Shown here: piece by piece, positions 1 to 9,104 of the stretch | Layout of the letters: the number at the start of each line of letters is the position of its first letter | Numbering within the stretch: position 1 is the stretch's first letter | Assembly (NCBI GenBank): GCA_016192825.1 | Contig: JACPTK010000091.1 | Span: forward strand, 8,382-72,381 | Source of the DNA: Betaproteobacteria bacterium | Lineage (GTDB): Bacteria > Pseudomonadota > Gammaproteobacteria > Burkholderiales > SG8-41 | DNA: 64,000 nt | Direction: 5' to 3' | Translations under genes and position numbers: made by a program | Notes under the pieces: model-generated | Told to the model about the DNA's origin: nothing | The model's database searches: none | Seen by the model: the letters and a program-made list of their open reading frames with translations, nothing else

Positions 1-20
1 GGACCAAGTCCGACAGGCTG

Positions 21-365
21 CTAGAAAGTCATGATCACCCACATCGGCGGGCGGAGGCCGCTGTCGTAATTGTCCTGGCGCACGAATGTCCCGTCGCCCC
101 GGTGATCCACGAGGAAGTAGGGCGCCCCGCGCGCCGGGGTGATCTTGATCATGTAGAGTTTGCCGCCGATGCGGTATTCCTCGACGGTGTCGGTGCCGCG
201 CTTGAGAATGGTCACCTGCGGCTCCAGCGCCGGATCGAGCTCGTAGCCCGGCGGCGGCGGCGGCGGTTCCGGAACCGGTTGCAGCGCGGGCGGCTTCGCC
301 TGTTGCGCCGCCACCGGCAGCGCGGCGGCAAGCAGCAGGACGGCCAGAAATGCGCGTGGGCTCAT
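21..365 (-). CDS. DUF2782-like exported proline-rich protein
   Basis: Signal peptide, Pro-rich linker, then VEEYRIGGKLYMIKITP...PYFLVD...PPMW. ATG at 365 chosen because the longer ORF only reads through a heptamer tract. Confidence 0.8.
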   Translation of the reverse strand: MSPRAFLAVLLLAAALPVAAQQAKPPALQPVPEPPPPPPGYELDPALEPQVTILKRGTDTVEEYRIGGKLYMIKITPARGAPYFLVDHRGDGTFVRQDNYDSGLRPPMWVIMTF

Positions 366-416
366 GTGCTGTTGGACCGTGCCTCTATTATCAAGGTTTC
401 GTGCGGCGAATGAAAG

Positions 417-517
417 CAGGACTGGGAATCGAGGATTGAGGATCCAGGATTGAGGATTGAGCAAAAACCTCGGGGGCGGCGATTTCCCTCAATCCTGATA
501 GCACAATCCCCAGTCCT
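417..517. repeat. Inverted pair of heptamer tracts (GAGGATT-type 417-461 / AATCC-type 488-517)
   Basis: caggact gggaatc gaggatt gaggatc caggatt gaggatt; a degenerate reverse complement abuts the LOG stop. Confidence 0.8.
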
Positions 518-1244
518 ATAAATTGAGGAGTATTTCACGCTCCGCGTCCGACGGCTCGAAACCGCGCTTTTCGTAATAGCCGAAGATGGCGTCCACCACC
601 GCCTGCGGGTCGTCGTGGATCTGGACGAGATCGATGTCGCCGGCGTCGATCATGCCCTCCGCGACCAGCGTGCGGCGGAACCAGTCGAGCAGGCCGCGCC
701 AGTACGCCCCGTGCACCAGGATGATCGGCACCCTTCGCGTCTTGCCGGTCTGCACCAGCGTGAGCGCCTCCATCAGCTCGTCGAGCGTGCCGAAACCGCC
801 GGGCAGCACCACCCAGGCGGTCGCGAACTTCACGAACATCACCTTGCGCGCGAAGAAGTGGCGGAAGGTCTGGCTGATGTCCTGGTAGGCGTTCGACTGC
901 TGCTCGTGCGGCAGCTGGATGTTGAGCCCGACGCTCGGGCTGCGCCCGAAATAGGCGCCCTTGTTCGCCGCCTCCATGATGCCGGGGCCGCCGCCTGATA
1001 TCACGCTGAAACCGGCGTCGGAGAGAAGGCGGGCGGTCTTCTCGGCGAGGAGGTAGTAGGGATGATCGGGCCGCAGGCGGGAGCTGCCGAAGAAGCTCAC
1101 CGCCGGGCGGATCGCGCTCAGGCGTTCCGTGGCCTCGACGAATTCTGACATAATGCCGAACACCCGCCAGGACTCGCGCGCCGACCATCTTTTTTCCGCG
1201 AGCTCGGGCGAGATCGCGTTGGCAAGCTTGTTTCTTTCGGTCAT
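516..1244 (-). CDS. LOG-family (TIGR00730-like) nucleotide phosphoribohydrolase
   Basis: SGGGPGIMEAANKGA, FFARKVMF and PGGFGTLDE motifs. Confidence 0.9.
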   Translation of the reverse strand: MTERNKLANAISPELAEKRWSARESWRVFGIMSEFVEATERLSAIRPAVSFFGSSRLRPDHPYYLLAEKTARLLSDAGFSVISGGGPGIMEAANKGAYFGRSPSVGLNIQLPHEQQSNAYQDISQTFRHFFARKVMFVKFATAWVVLPGGFGTLDELMEALTLVQTGKTRRVPIILVHGAYWRGLLDWFRRTLVAEGMIDAGDIDLVQIHDDPQAVVDAIFGYYEKRGFEPSDAEREILLNL

Positions 1245-1253
1245 GGAAACTCC

Positions 1254-1320
1254 GTGAATCGTGAATCGATCTGACGCGGTTCGCGGAGTCGTCGAATCAC
1301 GAATCACGACTCACGAATCG
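1254..1320. repeat. Heptamer tracts GTGAATC x2 and GAATCAC/GACTCAC x4 in the divergent LOG/polA intergenic region
   Basis: Read directly at 1254-1267 and 1293-1320. Confidence 0.85.
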
Positions 1321-1321
1321 C

Positions 1322-4087
1322 TTGCAGGATATGAAGACGCTGCTGCTGGTTGACGGTTCGTCCTATCTCTACCGCGCGTTCCATGCGCTTCTGCGTGCCA
1401 ACCTGCGCAGTAAAAAAGGCGAGCCGACCGGCGCGATCTACGGCGTGCTCAACATGCTGCGCCGGCTGCGCAAGGAAATCCCCGCCGATTATATCGCCTG
1501 CGTATTCGACGCAAAAGGCAAGACCTTCCGCGACGAGATCTATCCCGAGTACAAGGCCCATCGCCCGCCCATGCCTGACGATCTGGCCGTTCAGATCGCA
1601 CCGCTCAAGGAGGCGATCGTGGCGCTCGGCTGGCCCCTGCTCGAGGTGAGCGGCGTGGAGGCCGACGACGTGATCGGCACGCTGGCAAAGCATGCTGAGA
1701 GCCAGGGGCTGCGCGTGATCATCGCCAGCGGCGACAAGGATCTTACGCAACTGGTCAATCCTGTCATTATCATCGAGAACGCCGACCCCAAGACCGGCCA
1801 ACGTGAGATTCTTGATGACGCTGGCGTTGCGAACAAGTTTGGCGTGAAGCCCGAACGAATGGTCGACTACCTTACGCTCGTCGGAGACAGCGTGGACAAC
1901 GTGCCGGGCGTTGAGAAGGTCGGTCCCAAGACGGCCGTAAAGTGGCTTTCCCAGTACGGGACGCTCGAGAATATCGTTCGGCACGCACCAGAAATCGAGG
2001 GAGTGGTCGGGGAAAACCTGCGTAAAGCGCTCGAGTGGCTGCCGCGCGCGCGCGAACTGCTCACCATCAAGAGCGACGTCGAATTGCCGGTGAACGTCAA
2101 TGAGCTCACCGCGCGGCCGCGCGACGCGGCGAAGCTCGCCGAGCTGTTCGACCGCTTCGATTTCAAGTCCTGGAGGCGCGAGCTGGAGGAGCACGCGTCA
2201 ACCGGCACGGAGCAGGCAAGACAGCCTGCCGTTGCCGACAGCATGGCCACCGATCGAGCGCGTGCTCCTAATGAATCGCTGAATCGCCACTATGAGACCG
2301 TGCTGACGGAGAAACAGTTGGATGCCTGGTTAAACAGGATCGGCAGCGCCGATCTTGTTTCGTTCGACACCGAAACCACCAGCCTGGACCCGTTCAAGGC
2401 GGAGCTGGTCGGCCTGTCGGTCTCGGCGGAGGCGGGTGCGGCGGCGTACGTGCCGGTCGGGCATCGCTATACCGGCGCGCCGCGGCAACTCGAGCGCGAC
2501 GCCGTTCTCAAGCGCCTGAAGCGCTGGCTCGAGGACTCCGGGCGCGCCAAGCTCGGCCAGAACGCGAAGTACGACATGCACGTGCTCGCCAACCACGGCA
2601 TCCGGCTCGCCGGCGTCGCGCACGACACGCTGCTGGAGTCCTACGTGCTGGAGAGCCACCGACCCCACGACATGGACAGCCTCGCCGAGCGCCACCTTGG
2701 CCTGAAGACCATCACCTACGACGAGGTTACCGGCAAGGGCGCAAGCCGGATCGGCTTCGAGCAGGTGGCGGTGGAGCGCGCCGCCGAGTACGCGGCCGAG
2801 GACGCCGACGTGACGCTGCGGTTGCACCAGGCGCTGCACCCGCGGATCGAGGCGGAGGAGAAGCTCGCGCGCGTCTACCGGGAAGTGGAAGTGCCGCTGA
2901 TCGCGGTGCTCTTCAACATGGAGCGCAATGGCGTGCTGCTGGATACCGATTTGCTCACGGCGCTTTCGCGCGAGTTCGGCGAGAAGATGGGGGAATTCGA
3001 GGCGAGAGCGCACGAGCAGGCCGGGCAGCCGTTCAACCTCAACTCGCCGAAGCAGATCCAGGAGATCCTGTTCGAGAAGCAGGGGCTGAAGCCGGTCAAG
3101 AAGACCCCTTCAGGCCAGCCCTCGACCGACGAGGAATCGCTCGAGGAGCTCGCGCTCGACCACCCGCTGCCGAAGCTGATCCTGGAGTACCGCGGGCTGT
3201 CCAAGCTCAAATCCACGTATACCGACAAGCTGCCCGGGATGATCAACCCCGGAACGGGGCGCGTGCACACCAACTACGGGCAGGCGGTGGCGGTGACGGG
3301 CAGGCTCTCGAGCAACGATCCCAACCTGCAGAACATCCCGATCCGCACGGCCGAGGGGCGGCGCATCCGGGAGGCGTTCATCGCGCCGGAAGGAAGCCAC
3401 ATCGTCTCGGCCGACTATTCCCAGATCGAGCTGCGGATCATGGCGCACATCTCGCAGGACGCGAGCCTGCTGACAGCGTTTGCCGCGGGCGAGGACATCC
3501 ACCGCGCCACCGCCGCCGAGATCTTCGGCGTGCCACCGGGCGAGCTGGACGCGGAGCAGCGCCGCTACGCCAAGGTGATCAACTTCGGGCTCATCTACGG
3601 CATGTCGGCATTCGGGCTGGCGCGGCAGCTGGGGCTGGAGCGCGCCGCCGCGCAGCAGTACATGGACCGCTATTTCGCGCGCTATCCCGGTGTCGCGGAG
3701 TACATGAAACGCACGCGCGAGGCGGCGCGCGAGACGGGTTACGTCGAGACGGTGTTCGGGCGGCGGCTCTGGCTGCCCGAGATCCGGGGCGGCAACGGGC
3801 CGCGGCGCCAGGCGGCGGAGCGCGCCGCGATCAACGCGCCGATGCAGGGCACGGCGGCCGACTTGATCAAGATGGCGATGATCGCGGTGGACCGCTGGCT
3901 GGCGGAACGGCGGCTGAAATCGCGGCTCATCATGCAGGTGCACGACGAGCTGGTGCTGGAAGTGCCGGACGAGGAGCTCGGCGAGATCAAGCGCGAGCTG
4001 CCCAGGCTCATGAGCGGCGTGGCGAAGCTATCGGTGCCGCTGGTGGTGGACGTCGGCGCCGGGCCCAATTGGGACAAGGCGCACTGA
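1322..4087 (+). CDS. polA: DNA polymerase I
   Basis: 5'-3' exonuclease (LLLVDGSSYLYRAFHA), 3'-5' exonuclease (FDTETT), polymerase motifs DYSQIELR, AKVINFGLIYG, QVHDEL. The true start may be the ATG three codons later. Confidence 0.98.
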   Translation: MQDMKTLLLVDGSSYLYRAFHALLRANLRSKKGEPTGAIYGVLNMLRRLRKEIPADYIACVFDAKGKTFRDEIYPEYKAHRPPMPDDLAVQIAPLKEAIVALGWPLLEVSGVEADDVIGTLAKHAESQGLRVIIASGDKDLTQLVNPVIIIENADPKTGQREILDDAGVANKFGVKPERMVDYLTLVGDSVDNVPGVEKVGPKTAVKWLSQYGTLENIVRHAPEIEGVVGENLRKALEWLPRARELLTIKSDVELPVNVNELTARPRDAAKLAELFDRFDFKSWRRELEEHASTGTEQARQPAVADSMATDRARAPNESLNRHYETVLTEKQLDAWLNRIGSADLVSFDTETTSLDPFKAELVGLSVSAEAGAAAYVPVGHRYTGAPRQLERDAVLKRLKRWLEDSGRAKLGQNAKYDMHVLANHGIRLAGVAHDTLLESYVLESHRPHDMDSLAERHLGLKTITYDEVTGKGASRIGFEQVAVERAAEYAAEDADVTLRLHQALHPRIEAEEKLARVYREVEVPLIAVLFNMERNGVLLDTDLLTALSREFGEKMGEFEARAHEQAGQPFNLNSPKQIQEILFEKQGLKPVKKTPSGQPSTDEESLEELALDHPLPKLILEYRGLSKLKSTYTDKLPGMINPGTGRVHTNYGQAVAVTGRLSSNDPNLQNIPIRTAEGRRIREAFIAPEGSHIVSADYSQIELRIMAHISQDASLLTAFAAGEDIHRATAAEIFGVPPGELDAEQRRYAKVINFGLIYGMSAFGLARQLGLERAAAQQYMDRYFARYPGVAEYMKRTREAARETGYVETVFGRRLWLPEIRGGNGPRRQAAERAAINAPMQGTAADLIKMAMIAVDRWLAERRLKSRLIMQVHDELVLEVPDEELGEIKRELPRLMSGVAKLSVPLVVDVGAGPNWDKAH

Positions 4088-4091
4088 AGGC

Positions 4092-4121
4092 CGTGATTCG
4101 TGAGTCGTGATTCGTGAATCG
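4092..4121. repeat. Heptamer tract CGTGATT/CGTGAGT x4 after the polA stop
   Basis: cgtgatt cgtgagt cgtgatt cgtgaat cg. Confidence 0.85.
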
Positions 4122-4227
4122 AAAAACGCTCGATTTTCTCTGCGTCCTGCGGTAGCAAAGTAGGCGCGACCATCGGCTACGCGGGTAGAATTCAGATACG
4201 TTTGTTGCTTCCGCTCAACGGCTTCCG

Positions 4228-7200
4228 ATGAAGATCCTCGAATACGTCGGCCTCGACACCTCCCGCGTCAACGCCAGCTATCGCAAGGTGGCTGACGCCA
4301 TCGCCCGCCACGACTTCCGCGCCGCACAGGTCAAGAAACTCGCCAACCTCAGTCACGGCAAGTTCTACCGGGCAAAGCTCGGTGGCGCCGACCGGCTGCT
4401 GTTTTCCCTGGTCCGCCACGGGGACGAAGTCTGCGCTCTGATGCTGGAAGTGATCGCCAATCACGATTACGACAAGTCCCGCTTCCTGCGCGGCGCGGCG
4501 ATCGATGAAACCAGGATTTCCGACGTCGAAGCGGCCGACGCCGTCAAGGAGGCGCAGCCGGTGCGCTACCTGCACCCGGAGCGCACCGCGATTCACCTGC
4601 TCGACAAGCCGCTTTCCTTCGATGACACGCAGGAAGCTGTCTACCGCCAGCCACCGCCCCTGATCGTGGTGGGCAGCGCCGGCAGCGGCAAGACGGCGCT
4701 GACGCTGGAAAAGCTCAAGCACGTGGAAGGCGAAGTGCTCTACGTTACCCACTCCGCCTACCTCGCCCAGAGCGCACGGAATATCTACTATGCCAACGGC
4801 TTTGAACACGGCGGGCAGGAGGCAGTATTCCTGTCCTACCGCGAGTTCGTCGAATCCATCCGCGTACCGACGGGGCGGGAAGCAAGTTGGCGTGACTTTG
4901 CCGGCTGGTTTGCGCGGATGCGGCAGGCTTTCAAGGAGTTCGACGGTCACCAGGTCTTCGAGGAAATCCGCGGCGTGATTGCTGCTGGTGCCGGCGGTGT
5001 TCTGTCGCGAGATGACTATCGGACGCTCGGCGTGCGCCAGTCCATCTTTCCCGAAAGCGAGCGCGACCAGCTCTACGACCTCTTCGGGAAATATCGAGAC
5101 TGGCTTCTTGAGACCAGGCTCTACGATCTGAACCTAGTCGCCCGGGAGTGGCAGGCGCTGGCAGCGCCACGTTACGACTTTGTCGTCATCGACGAAGTCC
5201 AGGACATTACGACCGTTCAGCTTGCGCTGGTGCTGAAGACCCTCAAGCATCCAGGCCGCTTCCTGCTCTGCGGCGATTCCAACCAGATCGTTCACCCCAA
5301 CTTTTTTTCATGGGGACAGGTAAAGAGCTTGTTCTGGCGCGATCCGGCATTGGCCGAACGGCAGGAACTGCGGGTGCTCACCGCCAATTATCGCAATGGG
5401 CTGGAAGCAACGCGCGTCGCCAACCAACTGCTGAAAATCAAGCAGCGGCGCTTCGGTTCCATCGACCGGGAGAGTAACTTTCTCGTGCAGGCGGTCGGGG
5501 GTGAGAACGGGCAGGTGGCGCTCATGCCGGACAAGGACGCCGCGAAGCGCGAACTCGACCAGAAAATTCGCCAGTCCACCCAGTTCGCCGTCCTGGTAAT
5601 GCGCGACGAGGACAAGGCCGAGGCGAAAAAGCACTTCGCCACGCCTCTGCTGTTCTCCATCCATGAGGCCAAGGGGCTGGAATACGAGAACATCGTCCTC
5701 TACCGCCTTGTCTCGGATCACCGGGCTGAGTTCGCCGACATTGTCGAAGGCGTCGCCAAGGCTGATCTCGTTGTCGACACGCTGGATTACCGGCGAGCGA
5801 GGGACAAGAGCGACAAGTCGCTGGAGGTCTACAAGTTCTTCGTCAATGCTCTCTACGTCGCGCTGACGCGCGCCATCAGGAACCTGTACGTGATCGAATC
5901 GGACACCGGACATCCGCTCTTTGGCCTGCTCGACATGGCCATCGGCGAAGTCAAAGTGGAGGCGAAACAGTCGACGCTGGAAGACTGGCAGAGGGAAGCG
6001 CGCAAGCTCGAACTCCAAGGGAAACAGGAGCAGGCGGAAGCAATCCGGCGCACCATCCTCAAGCAGACGCCCGTGCCCTGGCCGGTGTTCGGCGAGGCGA
6101 AGGTCAATGAACTCCTGCTCAAAGTGTTTCGCGAACAGGCGCCAGGCAGCAAGATGAAGCAGCAGCTCTATGATTACGCCACCTGCTTTGACGAGCCGGT
6201 GCTGGCGAAGTGGCTCACTGAGGAGGCGAAGTTCGACGCGGCGAGAAACTTCCAGCAGCTACGCGCGACGCTGGCGCGCAAGACCTATGTCCCCTATTTT
6301 GCTCATCACTTCAAGGACATTTTGCGGCAGTGCGACCAACATGGCATCGAGCACCGTCTTCCCATGAACCAGACGCCGCTGATGGCGGCAGCGGCAGCAG
6401 GCAATGTGCCGTTGGTGGAGGCGCTGCTGGAGCGCGGTGCGGATCGGGAAGCTGTCGACCATTACGGCGGCAATGCCTTGCATTGGGCCCTGCGCGAAGC
6501 CTTTCGCGACCCGCAGTTCGCCCGCGGTCCTTTTGCCGCACTCTACGAATTGCTCGCCCCGGCGAGCATCGACGTCAATACCGGCGACCGGCTGGTACGC
6601 ATAGACCGCCACCTGTCCGAATACTTTCTGTTCCAGACACTGTGGACGCTGTTCAAGTCGCGCTTCACCCACAGGCAGCGCCGGTCCTACGGCGCTTTCG
6701 AGACGCGGGCAATTCTGGAAGCCTGGCGGCACCTTCCCGCCAACGTGGTGCGCCCCGAGCGCAACAAGCGCCAGCATCTTTCCAGCGTGCTCTCGCGCAA
6801 CGAGGTCGAGCGCGACTACGCCTACAATCGGGCGCTCTTCATGCGCGTCGCCCAAGGCTGGTATCAGTTCAATCCGAAACTCTCGGTGCGTCGCCGGCAG
6901 GGCGATGAGGAACTGTGGGCGCCGATCTATGCGGCGCTCAATTTGCCGCTGATCAACGAGTTTTCCATGGACGACGGATGGGAAAGCGTCCGGGACCGCA
7001 TCGCCGGGTACCTCGCCATGGCGGGACTGCCCGGGCGCACGATTCCGATCGCCGCCGAACGCGCCGTCGCGTGGCAGGAAGCGTTGGACCGCGAACGGGA
7101 GAAGCGTGAGCACGAAGAGCGCGCCGCCCTCGAACGCTGGCGGAACGAACGGGCCGCAACGCCGCAACATCAGCCGGCGGCCGAACCGAAATGGGGCACG

Positions 7201-7266
7201 AAAGAAGCCAAACGCATGGAAATCGAGCGGATACGCCGGAAAATCGAGGAGCGCAACGAGCGCTGA
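4228..7266 (+). CDS. SF1 (UvrD-like) helicase with a RelE-like N-terminal domain and an ankyrin repeat
   Basis: GSAGSGKT (Walker A), DEVQD, GDSNQ, NYR, IHEAKGLEY, LYVALTRA; ankyrin-like TPLMAAAAAGNVPLVEALLERGAD...GGNALHWA. Confidence 0.85.
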   Translation: MKILEYVGLDTSRVNASYRKVADAIARHDFRAAQVKKLANLSHGKFYRAKLGGADRLLFSLVRHGDEVCALMLEVIANHDYDKSRFLRGAAIDETRISDVEAADAVKEAQPVRYLHPERTAIHLLDKPLSFDDTQEAVYRQPPPLIVVGSAGSGKTALTLEKLKHVEGEVLYVTHSAYLAQSARNIYYANGFEHGGQEAVFLSYREFVESIRVPTGREASWRDFAGWFARMRQAFKEFDGHQVFEEIRGVIAAGAGGVLSRDDYRTLGVRQSIFPESERDQLYDLFGKYRDWLLETRLYDLNLVAREWQALAAPRYDFVVIDEVQDITTVQLALVLKTLKHPGRFLLCGDSNQIVHPNFFSWGQVKSLFWRDPALAERQELRVLTANYRNGLEATRVANQLLKIKQRRFGSIDRESNFLVQAVGGENGQVALMPDKDAAKRELDQKIRQSTQFAVLVMRDEDKAEAKKHFATPLLFSIHEAKGLEYENIVLYRLVSDHRAEFADIVEGVAKADLVVDTLDYRRARDKSDKSLEVYKFFVNALYVALTRAIRNLYVIESDTGHPLFGLLDMAIGEVKVEAKQSTLEDWQREARKLELQGKQEQAEAIRRTILKQTPVPWPVFGEAKVNELLLKVFREQAPGSKMKQQLYDYATCFDEPVLAKWLTEEAKFDAARNFQQLRATLARKTYVPYFAHHFKDILRQCDQHGIEHRLPMNQTPLMAAAAAGNVPLVEALLERGADREAVDHYGGNALHWALREAFRDPQFARGPFAALYELLAPASIDVNTGDRLVRIDRHLSEYFLFQTLWTLFKSRFTHRQRRSYGAFETRAILEAWRHLPANVVRPERNKRQHLSSVLSRNEVERDYAYNRALFMRVAQGWYQFNPKLSVRRRQGDEELWAPIYAALNLPLINEFSMDDGWESVRDRIAGYLAMAGLPGRTIPIAAERAVAWQEALDREREKREHEERAALERWRNERAATPQHQPAAEPKWGTKEAKRMEIERIRRKIEERNER

Positions 7267-7728
7267 TTATTTCCACATTCGACCATCGAAACCAAACGGT
7301 ATGGGCGAACCGATGCTTAGCTTGGCGAAAGCCGAATGTCGAGGGTTTACCAGGAAGTTTCGCTCCCCCGGGATAATTATCGAAGGGACCGATAATAACA
7401 ACGTGGCGCCGTTCCTGGCCCATGCGGTACCGATTTGCTTCGTTTCTGGCGGAGGAGGTTCAGCTCTCCAATTCGGGGGTGATTGATTCTCCGGTAAGAT
7501 ATCGAGGGCGATTCCCTCGGGAGGGTCCACTGGAATTGCGGAAAAAGCTATTCGAGAGTCGTTTGGACCGAGGTGCACGAAGGTTTCCAGGGCCGCGAGA
7601 GATAACGTCTCGCTAAGATAAACGATGGAAGTCCCCCGCTCGTTCCAGCGACCGCCATAAAGACGCGCTCCTTCTCCATTCAACGCATCTCGAGCGTGCT
7701 TCGCTTTGACAACCCGCCACAGGCGCAT
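7267..7728 (-). CDS. RES-domain toxin
   Basis: LWR...GEGARLYGGRWN...YLSETLSLAALE...VPSIIIPGERNFLVNP. Confidence 0.9.
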   Translation of the reverse strand: MRLWRVVKAKHARDALNGEGARLYGGRWNERGTSIVYLSETLSLAALETFVHLGPNDSRIAFSAIPVDPPEGIALDILPENQSPPNWRAEPPPPETKQIGTAWARNGATLLLSVPSIIIPGERNFLVNPRHSAFAKLSIGSPIPFGFDGRMWK

Positions 7729-7751
7729 ACGTCTTCTTGCGCTTCTTTGAT

Positions 7752-8465
7752 CTAGCTATAAACGCCATGCTCAATACGACCCAGAAGATCCTCAACTTCT
7801 CGAGCGCCAACCTCGGTGTGTATCAGCTCAAGCGGCTTTCGATTACCCAGACCCAGCTGTGGTTGTCTAAACCATTCGTGTGCCCTTCCCCGGTCTTCAA
7901 AAACTTGCTCCGCAATCGACATTAATCGAGCAAGGCGGTAAAGCCGGTCTCCTTGACTAAGGCTCAACCTCGCCGGCTGCGCTTTCCTCTTTTGCCTTTT
8001 CCGTGAACGCAGGCGCGTCAGGGTTTTCGTGCTAAGCCCCAGACTGAGTGACATTTCACGGTCGGTTAACGCTGAGCGCTTTTTTATACGTTCGAGCACA
8101 TCCACCGGCAACCCCTTGCCGATCAAATCGGATAGGTCAAGCACTGTTTTCACGGTTCCGAGGGTGGAATGTCCTCCCATCACGTCTATGGCACTTTCCG
8201 TGGCCCCTATCTTGACCGGGATTCCGACGGATTTGACTTTGACGGCTTGCTCCGAGCGCTTCCCGGCAGGGATTCCGTAGCCGATCTTGACGCCGAGCGG
8301 ACGCACCTTGCCGCCCTCCTGGATCTTGCCTTTGCCCACCGTGATGACTTCGCCCTGGCCGGGTTTCTCGGCGGCGGTGTCGGGCATGGCGATCCCGGAT
8401 GCGGTCTTGCGTTCTTGTTCCAACCGCTTGACGATTATGCGGTCGCGCAAAGGTCGAATTTTCAT
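7752..8465 (-). CDS. Xre/MbcA/ParS-type antitoxin with an N-terminal GroES-derived segment
   Basis: Residues 1-78 are GroES-like ([25 protein letters not shown]...EKPGQGEV). The C-terminal part has an HTH and DRLYRLAR...VFED...[18 protein letters not shown]...[14 protein letters not shown]. Confidence 0.85.
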   Translation of the reverse strand: MKIRPLRDRIIVKRLEQERKTASGIAMPDTAAEKPGQGEVITVGKGKIQEGGKVRPLGVKIGYGIPAGKRSEQAVKVKSVGIPVKIGATESAIDVMGGHSTLGTVKTVLDLSDLIGKGLPVDVLERIKKRSALTDREMSLSLGLSTKTLTRLRSRKRQKRKAQPARLSLSQGDRLYRLARLMSIAEQVFEDRGRAHEWFRQPQLGLGNRKPLELIHTEVGAREVEDLLGRIEHGVYS

Positions 8466-8645
8466 ATAGACGTTCCTTTATCAAATCAAGTGCCTCACTC
8501 AGGGTGCTGTCAAGGCCAAAGCGCGCGATGGCTCATATTGTCTCATGACAATAGGACATTTGTCCAACCCGTGGGAGAATCACAAATTGCCTGACCGAGA
8601 TACAGATTCAGTTGGCCGCGACACGAGGATCTGTCAAAACAGAAC

Positions 8646-8741
8646 CGCGAGCTGCCGAAGCTCATGAGCGGCGTGGCTGAGCCTTCAGTGCCGCTGGTGG
8701 TGGACGTCGGTGCCGGGCCGAACCGGGACCAGGCACACTAA
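8646..8741 (+). repeat. Degenerate copy of the last 32 codons of polA
   Basis: Translates RELPKLMSGVAEPSVPLVVDVGAGPNRDQAH* versus RELPRLMSGVAKLSVPLVVDVGAGPNWDKAH* in PolA. Confidence 0.92.
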
Positions 8742-8889
8742 CGGCCCGGGCACGGATGAGCTGAAGCCTGCGCTCCTCGACGGCATGCATCATCATGCGC
8801 GCGATGACGCGGCTCTTATTCTCGCCCGCGAATTCGCGGTCGAATTCCCGCTTCACCTCGTCCGGCACCCTAAATCTCATTTTCACCAT
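8662..8889 (-). pseudogene. Ribbon-helix-helix antitoxin-like gene that runs into the polA duplicate
   Basis: MVKMRFRVPDEVKREFDREFAGENKSRVIARMM pattern; the tail after ~aa 49 is the antisense of the polA copy; no cognate toxin follows. Confidence 0.5.
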
Positions 8890-9104
8890 GACGCGCTCGT
8901 TGTAGAACGTTTGATCAGCTTTCTCCGCGGGCTCGGCGATTCAATTTTTGTTTCTCGTTTCTCTGTGACCTCTATGGCCTTTGATTGGCGTGGTTCGATC
9001 CGATCTGACCGACTCAAAAAATCCTCAGCCCGCATGTTCCTATCCCCATTCGGTGCTCAACCCCTAAAATCCGTGGTGCGCCGGCCACTCGTGAAACATG
9101 CGGG

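Larger units (their letters stand above)
3992..8741. mobile_element. Putative decayed genomic island bounded by direct repeats of the polA 3' end
   Basis: 3992-4087 and 8646-8741 align without gaps (82/96 nt). Cargo is a helicase and TA genes. No integrase seen. Confidence 0.6.

Noticed and set aside
21-464. Extended N-termini in the ORF track (DUF2782, LOG, ctpA, PCu(A)C, mshI, lipA, ybeD)
   Set aside because: They are read-through of stop-free repeats or upstream genes; better starts lie downstream.
8470-8515. CIRCE operator upstream of the GroES-like fragment
   Set aside because: Only a partial AGCAC half-site; it does not fit TTAGCACTC-N9-GAGTGCTAA.
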